Below are positions 1-8,136 of a DNA stretch of 20,000 nt, in pieces. A program made the position numbers and the translations under genes. This DNA comes from an uncultured virus (IMG/VR IMGVR_UViG_3300047458_000106) (Duplodnaviria > Heunggongvirae > Uroviricota > Caudoviricetes), in the IMG/VR virus record IMGVR_UViG_3300047458_000106; one strand, given 5' to 3'. Position 1 is the stretch's first letter. Every line of letters begins with the position of its first letter. Below the pieces are notes generated by a model. The model was not told the origin of the DNA and did not search any database. It saw only the letters and a list, made by a program, of their open reading frames with translations.

Positions 1-1
1 A

Positions 2-1042
2 AAACATATGCGAAAAATGTTTCCAAAACATGGCAGAAGTATCATTATTAATAAAAAGATAAGAACTGCCTTTGATGCGGTGACAGAACTATATGACCAA
101 GGATATCGTAAAGTAAATATGATTGTTGGTTCTGATAGAGTTAGAGAGTTTGATACACTATTGAAAAAGTACAATGGTGTAAAAGGTAGACATGGTTTCT
201 ATAACTTTGAGTCAATCAATGTGTTATCTGCAGGTGAACGTGACCCAGATGCTGAAGGAGTTGCTGGTATGTCTGCATCAAAACAAAGAGCAAATGCTCA
301 AGAAAATGATTATACTGCATTCTCTCAAGGTGTACCAAAGAATATGAATGATAAAGATACTCGTAAGTTATTTAACGATGTTCGTAAAGGTATGGGACTT
401 AAAGAAGAGAAAAAGTTCAAACGTCATGTTGACCTTGGTAAATTAAACGAACTTCGAGAAAACTATGTCAAAGGTAGTCTTTATGAAATAGGCGATACTG
501 TTGTTATCAAAGAATCAGAAGAAGTTGGTATTATTACAGTATTAGGTTCTAATTATGTTATTATTGAAACAAATGATAAGAAAAAAGTACGTAAATGGTT
601 AGATGCGATAGAACTTGTTGAAAAGAAACTAACACCAGCAGAACTTAAGAAAAGAGAAGAGATTGCTAAAGCAATAGAAAAAGATAACCCTAAAATGCCT
701 ATGGATAAGAAAATGGCAATTGCTACTGCTACTGCTAAACGTGTTGCAGAAAAGATTGTCGATGATGTTTCTACTATCATAGAAAAAGAAAAAGAAAAGG
801 CAAGAGTTGCTCAAGATAAAGATGTCAAAGACAAGAAAGGTTCGCAACCATCTGTTTACTATAAAGGCGTAGCAAAGAAAACAAAAAGTTCTAGAGCATC
901 ACATTTTGCTAAACATGGTAAGATGGACGATGATAATCCAGCGGCATACAAAGATGCACCTGGGGATAAAAAAGCAAGAAAGAAAGGAACGAAACTTAGT
1001 AAACACACAAAATCATACAGACAAATGTTTGGAGATGACTAA
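2..1042 (+). CDS. Phage cytidyltransferase-like (nucleotidyltransferase) protein with C-terminal accessory modules; 5'-truncated by the window edge
   Basis: Frame is open from base 2 (KHMRKMFP). Motifs MIVGSDRV, SAGERDPDAEGVAGMSASK are typical of the cytidyltransferase-like genes of marine T4-like phages. The N-terminal HxGH motif is not in the window. An SH3/KOW-like segment (YEIGDTVVIK...RKWL, ~482-612) and basic modules follow. Confidence 0.75.
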   Translation, partial: KHMRKMFPKHGRSIIINKKIRTAFDAVTELYDQGYRKVNMIVGSDRVREFDTLLKKYNGVKGRHGFYNFESINVLSAGERDPDAEGVAGMSASKQRANAQENDYTAFSQGVPKNMNDKDTRKLFNDVRKGMGLKEEKKFKRHVDLGKLNELRENYVKGSLYEIGDTVVIKESEEVGIITVLGSNYVIIETNDKKKVRKWLDAIELVEKKLTPAELKKREEIAKAIEKDNPKMPMDKKMAIATATAKRVAEKIVDDVSTIIEKEKEKARVAQDKDVKDKKGSQPSVYYKGVAKKTKSSRASHFAKHGKMDDDNPAAYKDAPGDKKARKKGTKLSKHTKSYRQMFGDD

Positions 1043-1045
1043 TAG

Positions 1046-1053
1046 TATAAATA
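1046..1053 (+). promoter_or_regulatory. T4-type late promoter TATAAATA
   Basis: Exact gp55 late-promoter consensus just after the upstream stop codon, 5 nt before ATG 1059. Confidence 0.8.
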
Positions 1054-1058
1054 GAAAC

Positions 1059-1304
1059 ATGATATCTTTTAAAGAATATGCAGAAATAGAAGAAAGTTCG
1101 ACTAAAGGTCTTCAAAACAAGGCATCAAAGTCTGGATTTGCATATAAAACTTTAAAAAAAGTATTCGATAGAGGTGTTGCCGCATGGAGAACTGGTCACA
1201 GACCAGGGACAACTCCAGCACAATGGGGTATGGCGAGAGTTAATGCCTTTATTACTAAGAAAAAGAAAGGTATTAAATTAAATCACGACCAAGATTTAGG
1301 TTAG
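1059..1304 (+). CDS. DUF5824-like protein (C-terminal half), 81 aa, probable virion-internal protein
   Basis: VFDRGVAAWRTGHRPGTTPAQWGMARVNAF matches my recollection of the DUF5824 signature. Start moved from 906 to ATG 1059 because it follows the late promoter and gives the N-terminus MISFKEY...IEE. Confidence 0.7.
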   Translation: MISFKEYAEIEESSTKGLQNKASKSGFAYKTLKKVFDRGVAAWRTGHRPGTTPAQWGMARVNAFITKKKKGIKLNHDQDLG

Positions 1305-1313
1305 GAGAAAAAC

Positions 1314-1580
1314 ATGGCAAGATATATTCAAGTATTAGGTACAGAGGCCGCTTGTGGTACATCGACTGGAAATGGTAGTAATTTTGGTAATGCAGGATTA
1401 GTTCGCCTTCTCAATAGCACTGGTACTGCAAGATTAGTTACAGTTGAAACTTCTGCAAACGTCACTATCGGAACTTTTACACTTGCTGGTAACCAAGAGA
1501 TATACGTAAGAAAAGGTAAAACAGACGAGATATTTGCCGCGGCAACTACAGTTCTTGGAGTTTCAGTAGCATTTAGATAG
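1314..1580 (+). CDS. Small beta-rich hypothetical protein, possibly structural
   Basis: 88 aa ORF with AGGAG RBS and a G/T/A/V-rich composition. Resembles small proteins conserved in marine T4-like phages. Confidence 0.6.
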   Translation: MARYIQVLGTEAACGTSTGNGSNFGNAGLVRLLNSTGTARLVTVETSANVTIGTFTLAGNQEIYVRKGKTDEIFAAATTVLGVSVAFR

Positions 1581-1588
1581 GAGTATCA

Positions 1589-4006
1589 ATGAAGTTCAGA
1601 GACATATCTGAAAGAGTTAAAGGTGGTAAGTTAGACCCATTGTCTAAAATGGGAAAACAAAAACTTACTGGGCAAGAAGTTGCAAGGTATTATAAAGATA
1701 ATCCCAAAGCAAAACAGGCCGCTAGAGATAAAACAGTTAAAAAAGCAATCGAACTTGCTCTTGATTTAGGTGGCGCTCAATCGTATGCAATAAAAGAAAT
1801 AGAAAAACTTAAAAGAGGTCTTTCAAAAATGCCTGTTGTTCAACAAGCACTTAGAACTGCAAACGAAGAAATGACAAGTACATCTTCTGTTGCAATGCCT
1901 GAAATACCTTTAGGTCGTAAACACAAAGTAATGAAAAGAAAAGAACTTGACGAAGTTACAAGACAAGAAGTTGATGCGATGAAAAAAGTTTCTAAAGACA
2001 TGCAAAAAGTCTTAGTATCTTATCAGAAGGTTGCAAACATAGGTGATAAAGAACTCAAGAATACAATTCATAACAAAGATTACGAAAAAGTTTTAGATGC
2101 AAGAAATACAATCCTTAAGAAGATTGGAACTCTTAATACCAAAATGTTATTGCAAAAAGAAGCAGTACTTGGACACGATTTTGGTACTAACCCATTCTCT
2201 AAAAAAGAAGCAGAACAGGCGAAAAAACTTGCTAGACAATATAGTGTAAAAGTAAAACCGCACAGAAACCCTAAGAGCAAAAATCATCTAGAGTTTCATG
2301 GTGGCACACGTAATTTACAAGCATTCTACAGAAATTTACAAATGATAATGAACGAAAGTCTTGAAGAAAACAAAGAAAAGTTATCACCAGCAAAGGCGCA
2401 ATATAAGAAATTTAATATAATAAGAACCAAACTCTATAGGTTTGTGAAGGCAAAAACTAAAGCACATAAATTTGCAATTGATGACCTAATGTTAATGACT
2501 TCTCCTAAAGTTATTGAAGGAATGTACAAACAAAATCCTCGAGGTTTTACAAGAATGATGGATAAGATGTACCCCAACGAAAGAGAAAAAATGACCAAAA
2601 TGGATTTTACTGTTCTGGGTGACTTTATTGATGCTAGAGGTAAAGTGATAAAAGGACAAGGAGACAAAGTAGATGAAAGTACTTCACTTAATGAAGAGAC
2701 AATACTTTACCGAGTTAAAGATATCAAAAAACCTGAACTGGACAAGTTTAAATCGTCTGCAAGGTTAATGAAGTTAAAAATAAACATTAAACAAAGTCCT
2801 AGAGGTAAAGAAACTATTATAAGACTGGAAGGTGGTAAGAAACAGATAAGAGATTTTGATGCAGTAGCAAGAGGTAAATCATCTTACGGAGACCCTTCTT
2901 TAGCAATGAAAGAAGAGTTTGACTTGAATGAAGAGTCTGCAACTATGAAGAAAGTTCGTCAAGTAGTTAAGAAGAAAGGCATGATGAACATTGATGGCAT
3001 GAAACTTGACCTGACCACTGCAAGTATGATAGCATCTGTATATGACAAAGTTAATCCACAGAACAAAAAAAGAATGGACTCACTTAAATTACCACAACTT
3101 GTTAATCTTACAATGAAAGTTGCTGGTAAAGGCAAAATGAAAAAAGAAGATGCAGTTGAAAGAGCAAAAGAACTTGCTGACTTAAAAGCAAAACATAAAA
3201 GAGAAGTAGAGCAAGAAAAAGACGAAATTGCCGCAACTAAACAAACTAACGAATCTTTGTGGAGAAACATACACAACAAGAGAAAAAGTGGTAAGAAGAT
3301 GCGAAAACCTGGTGAGAAAGGCGCACCTACGGCACAAGATTTTAAAAATGCTAGAGGTGAAGCAGTATCACCTGCACAACAGGCCGCAATCGCAATCTCT
3401 AAAAAAGAAAGAGGCGAGAAACCTAAGAATGAATGTGCAGATGAAAAAGACTTTAAACCACATAAAATGTATAAGGGTGATAAAGAAGTCATGGCAAATA
3501 CATATGCTGACCATGTGAAGTATGACAAAATGGGTTACACTCACGAGAAACCTAAGAAAGAGGCATTAGATGCCAAAGACAAACCATTTGTCAAAGACTT
3601 AGTTAAAAAGTTAAGAGGTGGTTCTAAAACTCATGCAAAACAGGCAGATGATTTAGAAAAAGCAATGAATACAGAATCTATGTCTCGTGCAAGACGTGAT
3701 GCAATGAGAGATATGGGCACACGTAAAGACAGAGACGATGATGGTAACCCTGTAGCAACTGCAGATGACAGAAAGGCCGCAGATAAAAATGTTGTTATGC
3801 AAATAAGAAGAGTTACAGATTTAAGTAAACCTGCACAAATAGAATTACGAAATGGTAAAAAAGTAATGCTGAAACCAGCAGATGCTAAAATGATGATGAA
3901 AAAGTTTGATGCAATTCGTAAACCACAAGACAGACTTAAAGTTCAAAATGCAATGAACGATAAGAAAATGACAGTTCAAGGTTTAAAAAGATTACTCGGA
4001 AAATAA
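1589..4006 (+). CDS. Large Lys/Glu-rich modular protein (805 aa), candidate internal head polyprotein
   Basis: AGGAG RBS; N-terminus MKFRDISE; many short modules separated by xxE/EE junctions (LDE, LEE, LNEE, TNE, RGE, KNE, KKE, NTE). The ORF is solid; the function is inferred. Confidence 0.6.
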   Translation: MKFRDISERVKGGKLDPLSKMGKQKLTGQEVARYYKDNPKAKQAARDKTVKKAIELALDLGGAQSYAIKEIEKLKRGLSKMPVVQQALRTANEEMTSTSSVAMPEIPLGRKHKVMKRKELDEVTRQEVDAMKKVSKDMQKVLVSYQKVANIGDKELKNTIHNKDYEKVLDARNTILKKIGTLNTKMLLQKEAVLGHDFGTNPFSKKEAEQAKKLARQYSVKVKPHRNPKSKNHLEFHGGTRNLQAFYRNLQMIMNESLEENKEKLSPAKAQYKKFNIIRTKLYRFVKAKTKAHKFAIDDLMLMTSPKVIEGMYKQNPRGFTRMMDKMYPNEREKMTKMDFTVLGDFIDARGKVIKGQGDKVDESTSLNEETILYRVKDIKKPELDKFKSSARLMKLKINIKQSPRGKETIIRLEGGKKQIRDFDAVARGKSSYGDPSLAMKEEFDLNEESATMKKVRQVVKKKGMMNIDGMKLDLTTASMIASVYDKVNPQNKKRMDSLKLPQLVNLTMKVAGKGKMKKEDAVERAKELADLKAKHKREVEQEKDEIAATKQTNESLWRNIHNKRKSGKKMRKPGEKGAPTAQDFKNARGEAVSPAQQAAIAISKKERGEKPKNECADEKDFKPHKMYKGDKEVMANTYADHVKYDKMGYTHEKPKKEALDAKDKPFVKDLVKKLRGGSKTHAKQADDLEKAMNTESMSRARRDAMRDMGTRKDRDDDGNPVATADDRKAADKNVVMQIRRVTDLSKPAQIELRNGKKVMLKPADAKMMMKKFDAIRKPQDRLKVQNAMNDKKMTVQGLKRLLGK

Positions 4007-4007
4007 A

Positions 4008-4217
4008 ATGAAAACTTTTGCTCAACACAGTAAAGAACTTGAAGAAGCACCACTGATTCAAGACCAAATACCTGCAGTAAAATCTATGGCAACTAAATTA
4101 GTAAATCTATTAACAAAAGAAAACTCTAAAAGAAGAATTCAACTAATGACTCAAGTAGGAAGAGCAGTTGGTATTAAAGTAAAAGAATTACCGAATGGGA
4201 AAATAGAATTACGTTAA
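4008..4217 (+). CDS. Small hypothetical protein with a capsid-targeting-like N-terminus
   Basis: 69 aa ORF abutting the upstream stop; begins MKTFAQHSKELEEA. Confidence 0.6.
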   Translation: MKTFAQHSKELEEAPLIQDQIPAVKSMATKLVNLLTKENSKRRIQLMTQVGRAVGIKVKELPNGKIELR

Positions 4218-4218
4218 G

Positions 4219-4226
4219 AATAAATA
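4219..4226 (+). promoter_or_regulatory. Possible late promoter (AATAAATA, 7/8 match)
   Basis: Lies in the short intergenic gap, 6 nt before GTG 4233. Confidence 0.4.
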
Positions 4227-4232
4227 CTTTTC

Positions 4233-5024
4233 GTGAAGCGACATAAATTATTAAATATACATTATTTAGGTGGAAATGGTGGCGAGTTTTTAGCATCATA
4301 TCTACAACACCACCGTGAATTCAATCAACACGAAACTGACCAAATGGATAGTATTACTAAATACGAATTCAAAAGAGACAGATTCGACCATGCATCACAT
4401 ATCTATTTAGGTTTAGGTACTCACAAATGTCTTGCTCATTATAGTCCTAGAAAATTTCTTCAAGAACTTTGGAAAACTTCAAACGATAAATGGACATTAC
4501 GTATTGACCATGGTTATGGATATACAGTACAAGAAGAACAATGGATAAAAGGATTGTATGAAGATTGGAATGTATCTAAGACTATTATTTTAAATACAAC
4601 AGAACTTGAAGGTTCAAAGTTTTGTCGAGACTTAGCACAAATAAAAGTTTTTGGTAAAGGCACTCATACTATGTCTGAAACTGCAGAATTTAATCAACCA
4701 AAAGCATATGCAGTTAATAGATTAGCACCACTACTTCAAGAGTTTAGTGGTTTTGATTTAGGCGATATCTGGGAAACTCCATTAGAATTCAATGAATTTG
4801 CTACACAACGATATAAAGACTTGATACCAGAACCTCATGACTGGTTGCATGTAGACCCAATGAGACTACTTCATACGAAAGATGAACAAGAAAGAGAAGA
4901 ACAATTAATAAGAATTTTTGATTATTTAGGGTTTGATTATTCAATAGTTGATTTAGGTATGTTATTATGTGAAAAATACATGCAAGATAATATAAAATTA
5001 CATAAAAAAAGAGGTTTTTCCTAA
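4233..5024 (+). CDS. Hypothetical protein, possible P-loop/sulfotransferase-like fold
   Basis: 263 aa, GTG start. N-terminal strand-Gly loop-helix (NIHYLGGNGGEFLASYL) and C-terminal LIRIFDYLG are reminiscent of sulfotransferase-fold proteins. Confidence 0.45.
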   Translation: MKRHKLLNIHYLGGNGGEFLASYLQHHREFNQHETDQMDSITKYEFKRDRFDHASHIYLGLGTHKCLAHYSPRKFLQELWKTSNDKWTLRIDHGYGYTVQEEQWIKGLYEDWNVSKTIILNTTELEGSKFCRDLAQIKVFGKGTHTMSETAEFNQPKAYAVNRLAPLLQEFSGFDLGDIWETPLEFNEFATQRYKDLIPEPHDWLHVDPMRLLHTKDEQEREEQLIRIFDYLGFDYSIVDLGMLLCEKYMQDNIKLHKKRGFS

Positions 5025-5052
5025 TAAGACTTAAGGTCTAGAAAGTAATTTG

Positions 5053-5060
5053 TATAAATA
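5053..5060 (+). promoter_or_regulatory. T4-type late promoter TATAAATA
   Basis: Exact consensus in the intergenic region upstream of ORF 5090. Confidence 0.8.
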
Positions 5061-5089
5061 AAAGTATAATTTTACTATAATGGGAAAAT

Positions 5090-5386
5090 ATGGCCGTAAG
5101 GGAAACACAATCTACTCGATTGGATAGAATCGAAGATAAAATCGACAAACTATCTGATGCTATAATCTCACTTGCAAGAGTAGAAGAGAAGATTGCCAGT
5201 ATGGAAAAACAGTTAGAAAATGGGCATGATAGAATGAATAATCATGGCATAAAACTTGATGCAATAGAGTCTCAAGTTACCTCAAATGCTCAAACTGTTT
5301 CAGTAATACATCGTGTTTTTTGGATAGTAATAGTTTCTTGTGCAACAGTTGTTGCTAGTGTAGTAGGCAACATGCTTTGGGGATAA
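5090..5386 (+). CDS. Coiled-coil protein with a C-terminal transmembrane helix (XhlA-like architecture)
   Basis: Heptad pattern RLDRIEDKIDKLSDAIISLARVEEKI followed by hydrophobic VFWIVIVSCATVVASVVG. Confidence 0.6.
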   Translation: MAVRETQSTRLDRIEDKIDKLSDAIISLARVEEKIASMEKQLENGHDRMNNHGIKLDAIESQVTSNAQTVSVIHRVFWIVIVSCATVVASVVGNMLWG

Positions 5387-5389
5387 AAA

Positions 5390-6838
5390 ATGGTAGACGT
5401 AAACAAAAATATTAAAAATGCATACTTAAGTATGTATGAACAAAAAGAAGAAGTTCTTGATGAAACAAACAAGAACGATAAGTCAGACGATGGCGATGGG
5501 TTAGATGCAGTTCAACCTAAAGCAGTTAAGAAAAAGTTTGACGATAGAAAAGACAAAGACATTGATAACGATGGCGATGTTGATTCTTCTGACAAATATC
5601 TCCACAAAAGAAGAAAAGCAGTATCTAAAGAAATCGAAAAAGAAGGTAATGCATTTAGTAAAGCATTGATGGCCGCTAAAGAGAAAGGTGAGAAAACATT
5701 TAAAGTTGGCGACAAAGAATACAATGTTCAATCAGAACTAAACAAACTTCAAAAAGAATCATTTACTTTAGATGACATTCGTGAAATGTGTCACTCTAAA
5801 GACCACGATTGTGCAACTTACGTTGACCACCCAGAGTTTGGTCTTGGTAAACCAGTATATGAATCTCATGCGATACCAAACGATGACGGTTCTGTTGACT
5901 GGTATGACGTTGAGTTTGCTCATGGTATCGAAAGAGAAGTTCCTGCAGAAGACATGCAAATTCTTCAAACAGAAGCACACAAAGAAAAAGTCCACAAAGA
6001 TGATGAAAAAATGATTAAGAGTCAAAAGAAAAAAATGAAAGAAGAGGACGAAGAAGAAGAAGAACCAAAAATGATGGACTCAGATGAAAACCCAATGAAG
6101 AAGAAAAAGAAAGTCATGGTGCCTGATGCAGACAAACCTAGCGAAGATGATGCAGAAGAAGACAAACCAAAAGTTGGTGTAGAAAAACCTGAAGACAAAA
6201 AGAAAAAGAAAACTTCTGGTAATTCTGGTGAGAAAGAAGCAGAAATCTCTAAAATTGGCGAACAAGTATCAGAGTTCACTAATCTTTTAAATGAACTAAT
6301 GGCAGTTGATGCAGTTGGTAAAAAGAAAAAAGATAAAGATGGTTCTGAACCAGACGAAAGAGACGAGAACAACCCAGAAGGTGAAAAAGACTTTGTAGAT
6401 GCACATGGTAAAAAAGATGTAGTCGTTGATGGTGAGAAAGCAATAGACGATACTTCTAAAACTGCTAAAGACACTAAACAAGGTAAACACGTCAAACAAC
6501 AACAAGCAAAAGGCGACTCTAAACCTATTAAATCTACCGAAGCACCTGTTAAAGGTGAAAAAGAACCTAAAGAAGGTGAAGGTAAGAAATCAGTTAAAAC
6601 TGAAAATACTCTTATGGACTTAGCACTTAAGGCATTATCAGGTAAAAACATTCCTGAAATGAAGAAGATAGTTGCTAGTGCTAAAGAAGAAAATAAGAAC
6701 CCTTTTGATGCACGAACTAAAGATGCTAAATCATTTTTAGAAAGAATGGCAAAAAGAAAGAATGGTGATAAAGGTACAAGTCAACAATATAAAGACAATG
6801 ACCCGAAAGATTTACCAATGATTAAAGGAGAAAAGTAA
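5390..6838 (+). CDS. Highly charged modular protein (482 aa) with a DxDxDG Ca-binding loop; candidate internal head/core protein
   Basis: K/E/D-rich low-complexity regions; DIDNDGDVDSSD loop at 5558-5593; beta-rich module HDCATYVDHPEFGLG...WYDVEF at ~5804-5966. Confidence 0.6.
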   Translation: MVDVNKNIKNAYLSMYEQKEEVLDETNKNDKSDDGDGLDAVQPKAVKKKFDDRKDKDIDNDGDVDSSDKYLHKRRKAVSKEIEKEGNAFSKALMAAKEKGEKTFKVGDKEYNVQSELNKLQKESFTLDDIREMCHSKDHDCATYVDHPEFGLGKPVYESHAIPNDDGSVDWYDVEFAHGIEREVPAEDMQILQTEAHKEKVHKDDEKMIKSQKKKMKEEDEEEEEPKMMDSDENPMKKKKKVMVPDADKPSEDDAEEDKPKVGVEKPEDKKKKKTSGNSGEKEAEISKIGEQVSEFTNLLNELMAVDAVGKKKKDKDGSEPDERDENNPEGEKDFVDAHGKKDVVVDGEKAIDDTSKTAKDTKQGKHVKQQQAKGDSKPIKSTEAPVKGEKEPKEGEGKKSVKTENTLMDLALKALSGKNIPEMKKIVASAKEENKNPFDARTKDAKSFLERMAKRKNGDKGTSQQYKDNDPKDLPMIKGEK

Positions 6839-7140
6839 TGGCAAAATTAGTTGCACCTCCATGGTGTGAAAATGCAGTACCTACTGCTAATGGTTGGGAA
6901 GACCCAGACACTGGTGAATTATACGTAAGTGGTGGATTTACTCAAGAGCAAATCGATGAATTCTTCGGTGCTAAACCTAAAAAAGCACAAGTGTTAACAG
7001 AAGCACCTGCTAATAATAAAGGTTTAGACCAAATGAATAAGTTAGAACTTGAATCACTTGCTAGAGAAAAAGGTGTTGAGTTAGATAGAAGAAAATCAAA
7101 AGCAACACTATTACAGACTGTAAAAGAACTTTTTAGTTAA
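6838..7140 (+). CDS. Hypothetical protein with a C-terminal HeH/Rho-N/SAP-like nucleic-acid-binding motif
   Basis: LDQMNKLELESLAREKGVELDRRKSKATLLQTV fits a helix-extension-helix pattern. TAATG overlap with the upstream gene and GGAG RBS. Confidence 0.6.
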   Translation: MAKLVAPPWCENAVPTANGWEDPDTGELYVSGGFTQEQIDEFFGAKPKKAQVLTEAPANNKGLDQMNKLELESLAREKGVELDRRKSKATLLQTVKELFS

Positions 7141-7147
7141 GAATCGA

Positions 7148-7155
7148 TATACATA
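7148..7155 (+). promoter_or_regulatory. Possible late promoter (TATACATA, 7/8 match)
   Basis: Intergenic, 10 nt before ATG 7166. Confidence 0.45.
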
Positions 7156-7165
7156 ATAGTATATC

Positions 7166-7522
7166 ATGAAGTTAACGAAAGATAATCTATTAGTATATGC
7201 CGCTCAGAACTACTATAATCCAAAGTGTATTGACACAGACGATTTTCTTGAAGACTTAAAACGTTTTAAATACATCAAACGATTACTCAATCGTTATCGA
7301 GATAGTGGTGTTCTTTCTGAACGACTTATACTAAATCACTTAATTATAATCTTTAATGTCTTTGACATTGAAGCAGGTCTTAATATTTTAGAACTGAAAC
7401 TAGAAGTAGAATATTGGCCAGTTATCAAACCATTTCTTATTTTTCTCAAGACAATCAAAAATGACGAATATACAAACATAGATATGGATAAAAATGTTGT
7501 CGAAAAACTTCGGGAGATATAA
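7166..7522 (+). CDS. Conserved T4-like phage hypothetical protein (DUF7207-like)
   Basis: LTKDNLLVYAAQNYYNPKC...EDLKRFKYIKRLL...ERLILNHLII...FLIFL recognised as a family widespread in marine T4-like phages. Confidence 0.7.
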   Translation: MKLTKDNLLVYAAQNYYNPKCIDTDDFLEDLKRFKYIKRLLNRYRDSGVLSERLILNHLIIIFNVFDIEAGLNILELKLEVEYWPVIKPFLIFLKTIKNDEYTNIDMDKNVVEKLREI

Positions 7523-7525
7523 ATA
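7518..7525 (+). promoter_or_regulatory. T4-type late promoter TATAAATA
   Basis: Exact consensus overlapping the upstream stop codon, 5 nt before ATG 7531. Confidence 0.75.
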
Positions 7526-7530
7526 GAGTT

Positions 7531-8136
7531 ATGGGAATTCTAAAATCTGCCGCAGACCTGGTATATACACTTCGATTTTTAAAGTTGTTGACTACACCTT
7601 TTGAAAAGTTAGGTGCATATGAGATTGGTCTCATTGACAAAGATGGTGTGGTAGATAAGAAAAGAAAAGCAGAACTTAAATTAACAATGGATGGTAGAAT
7701 GGATTTGTCTACTCATTACACTACATTTCTACGTCTTGTTATTAGATTAAAATCATTATTAGCAAAAATACCTGGTGGTAAATCATTTGTTGCAAGATAT
7801 GGTGCCGCACTAGCACTTATCAAAGAACATGGCGAACTATCAGATAAGAATCTACTTAAGATTCACGAAGCAACAGGTATTGATATTCTAGATGTCCTTG
7901 CAGAAGATACACAATGGTTTATGTTAGAAGACAAACAATTATCTCCTGGTGTCTATAGAATGAAACATGAGAGTATGACTTGCATTTATACTGACACATA
8001 TAAAGATGATAAAATAAGAATTCTTGAAGAAGAATCAACTCCTGTAGACGAAGTTTTAGGACTTGACATATATTCTGCAATTCACTTGCCAAGCAATCAA
8101 AAAATGTATGTGACTACAGGAGATATAACTAAGTGA
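7531..8136 (+). CDS. Conserved T4-like phage hypothetical protein
   Basis: ADLVYTLRFLKLLTTPFEKLGAYEIGLIDKDG...YGAALALIKE recognised as a family usually adjacent to the preceding gene. Confidence 0.65.
   Translation: MGILKSAADLVYTLRFLKLLTTPFEKLGAYEIGLIDKDGVVDKKRKAELKLTMDGRMDLSTHYTTFLRLVIRLKSLLAKIPGGKSFVARYGAALALIKEHGELSDKNLLKIHEATGIDILDVLAEDTQWFMLEDKQLSPGVYRMKHESMTCIYTDTYKDDKIRILEEESTPVDEVLGLDIYSAIHLPSNQKMYVTTGDITK

Noticed and set aside
906..1058. Upstream extension of ORF 906-1304
   Set aside because: Overlaps ORF1 out of frame from a TTG start; the late promoter and leader motif point to ATG 1059.
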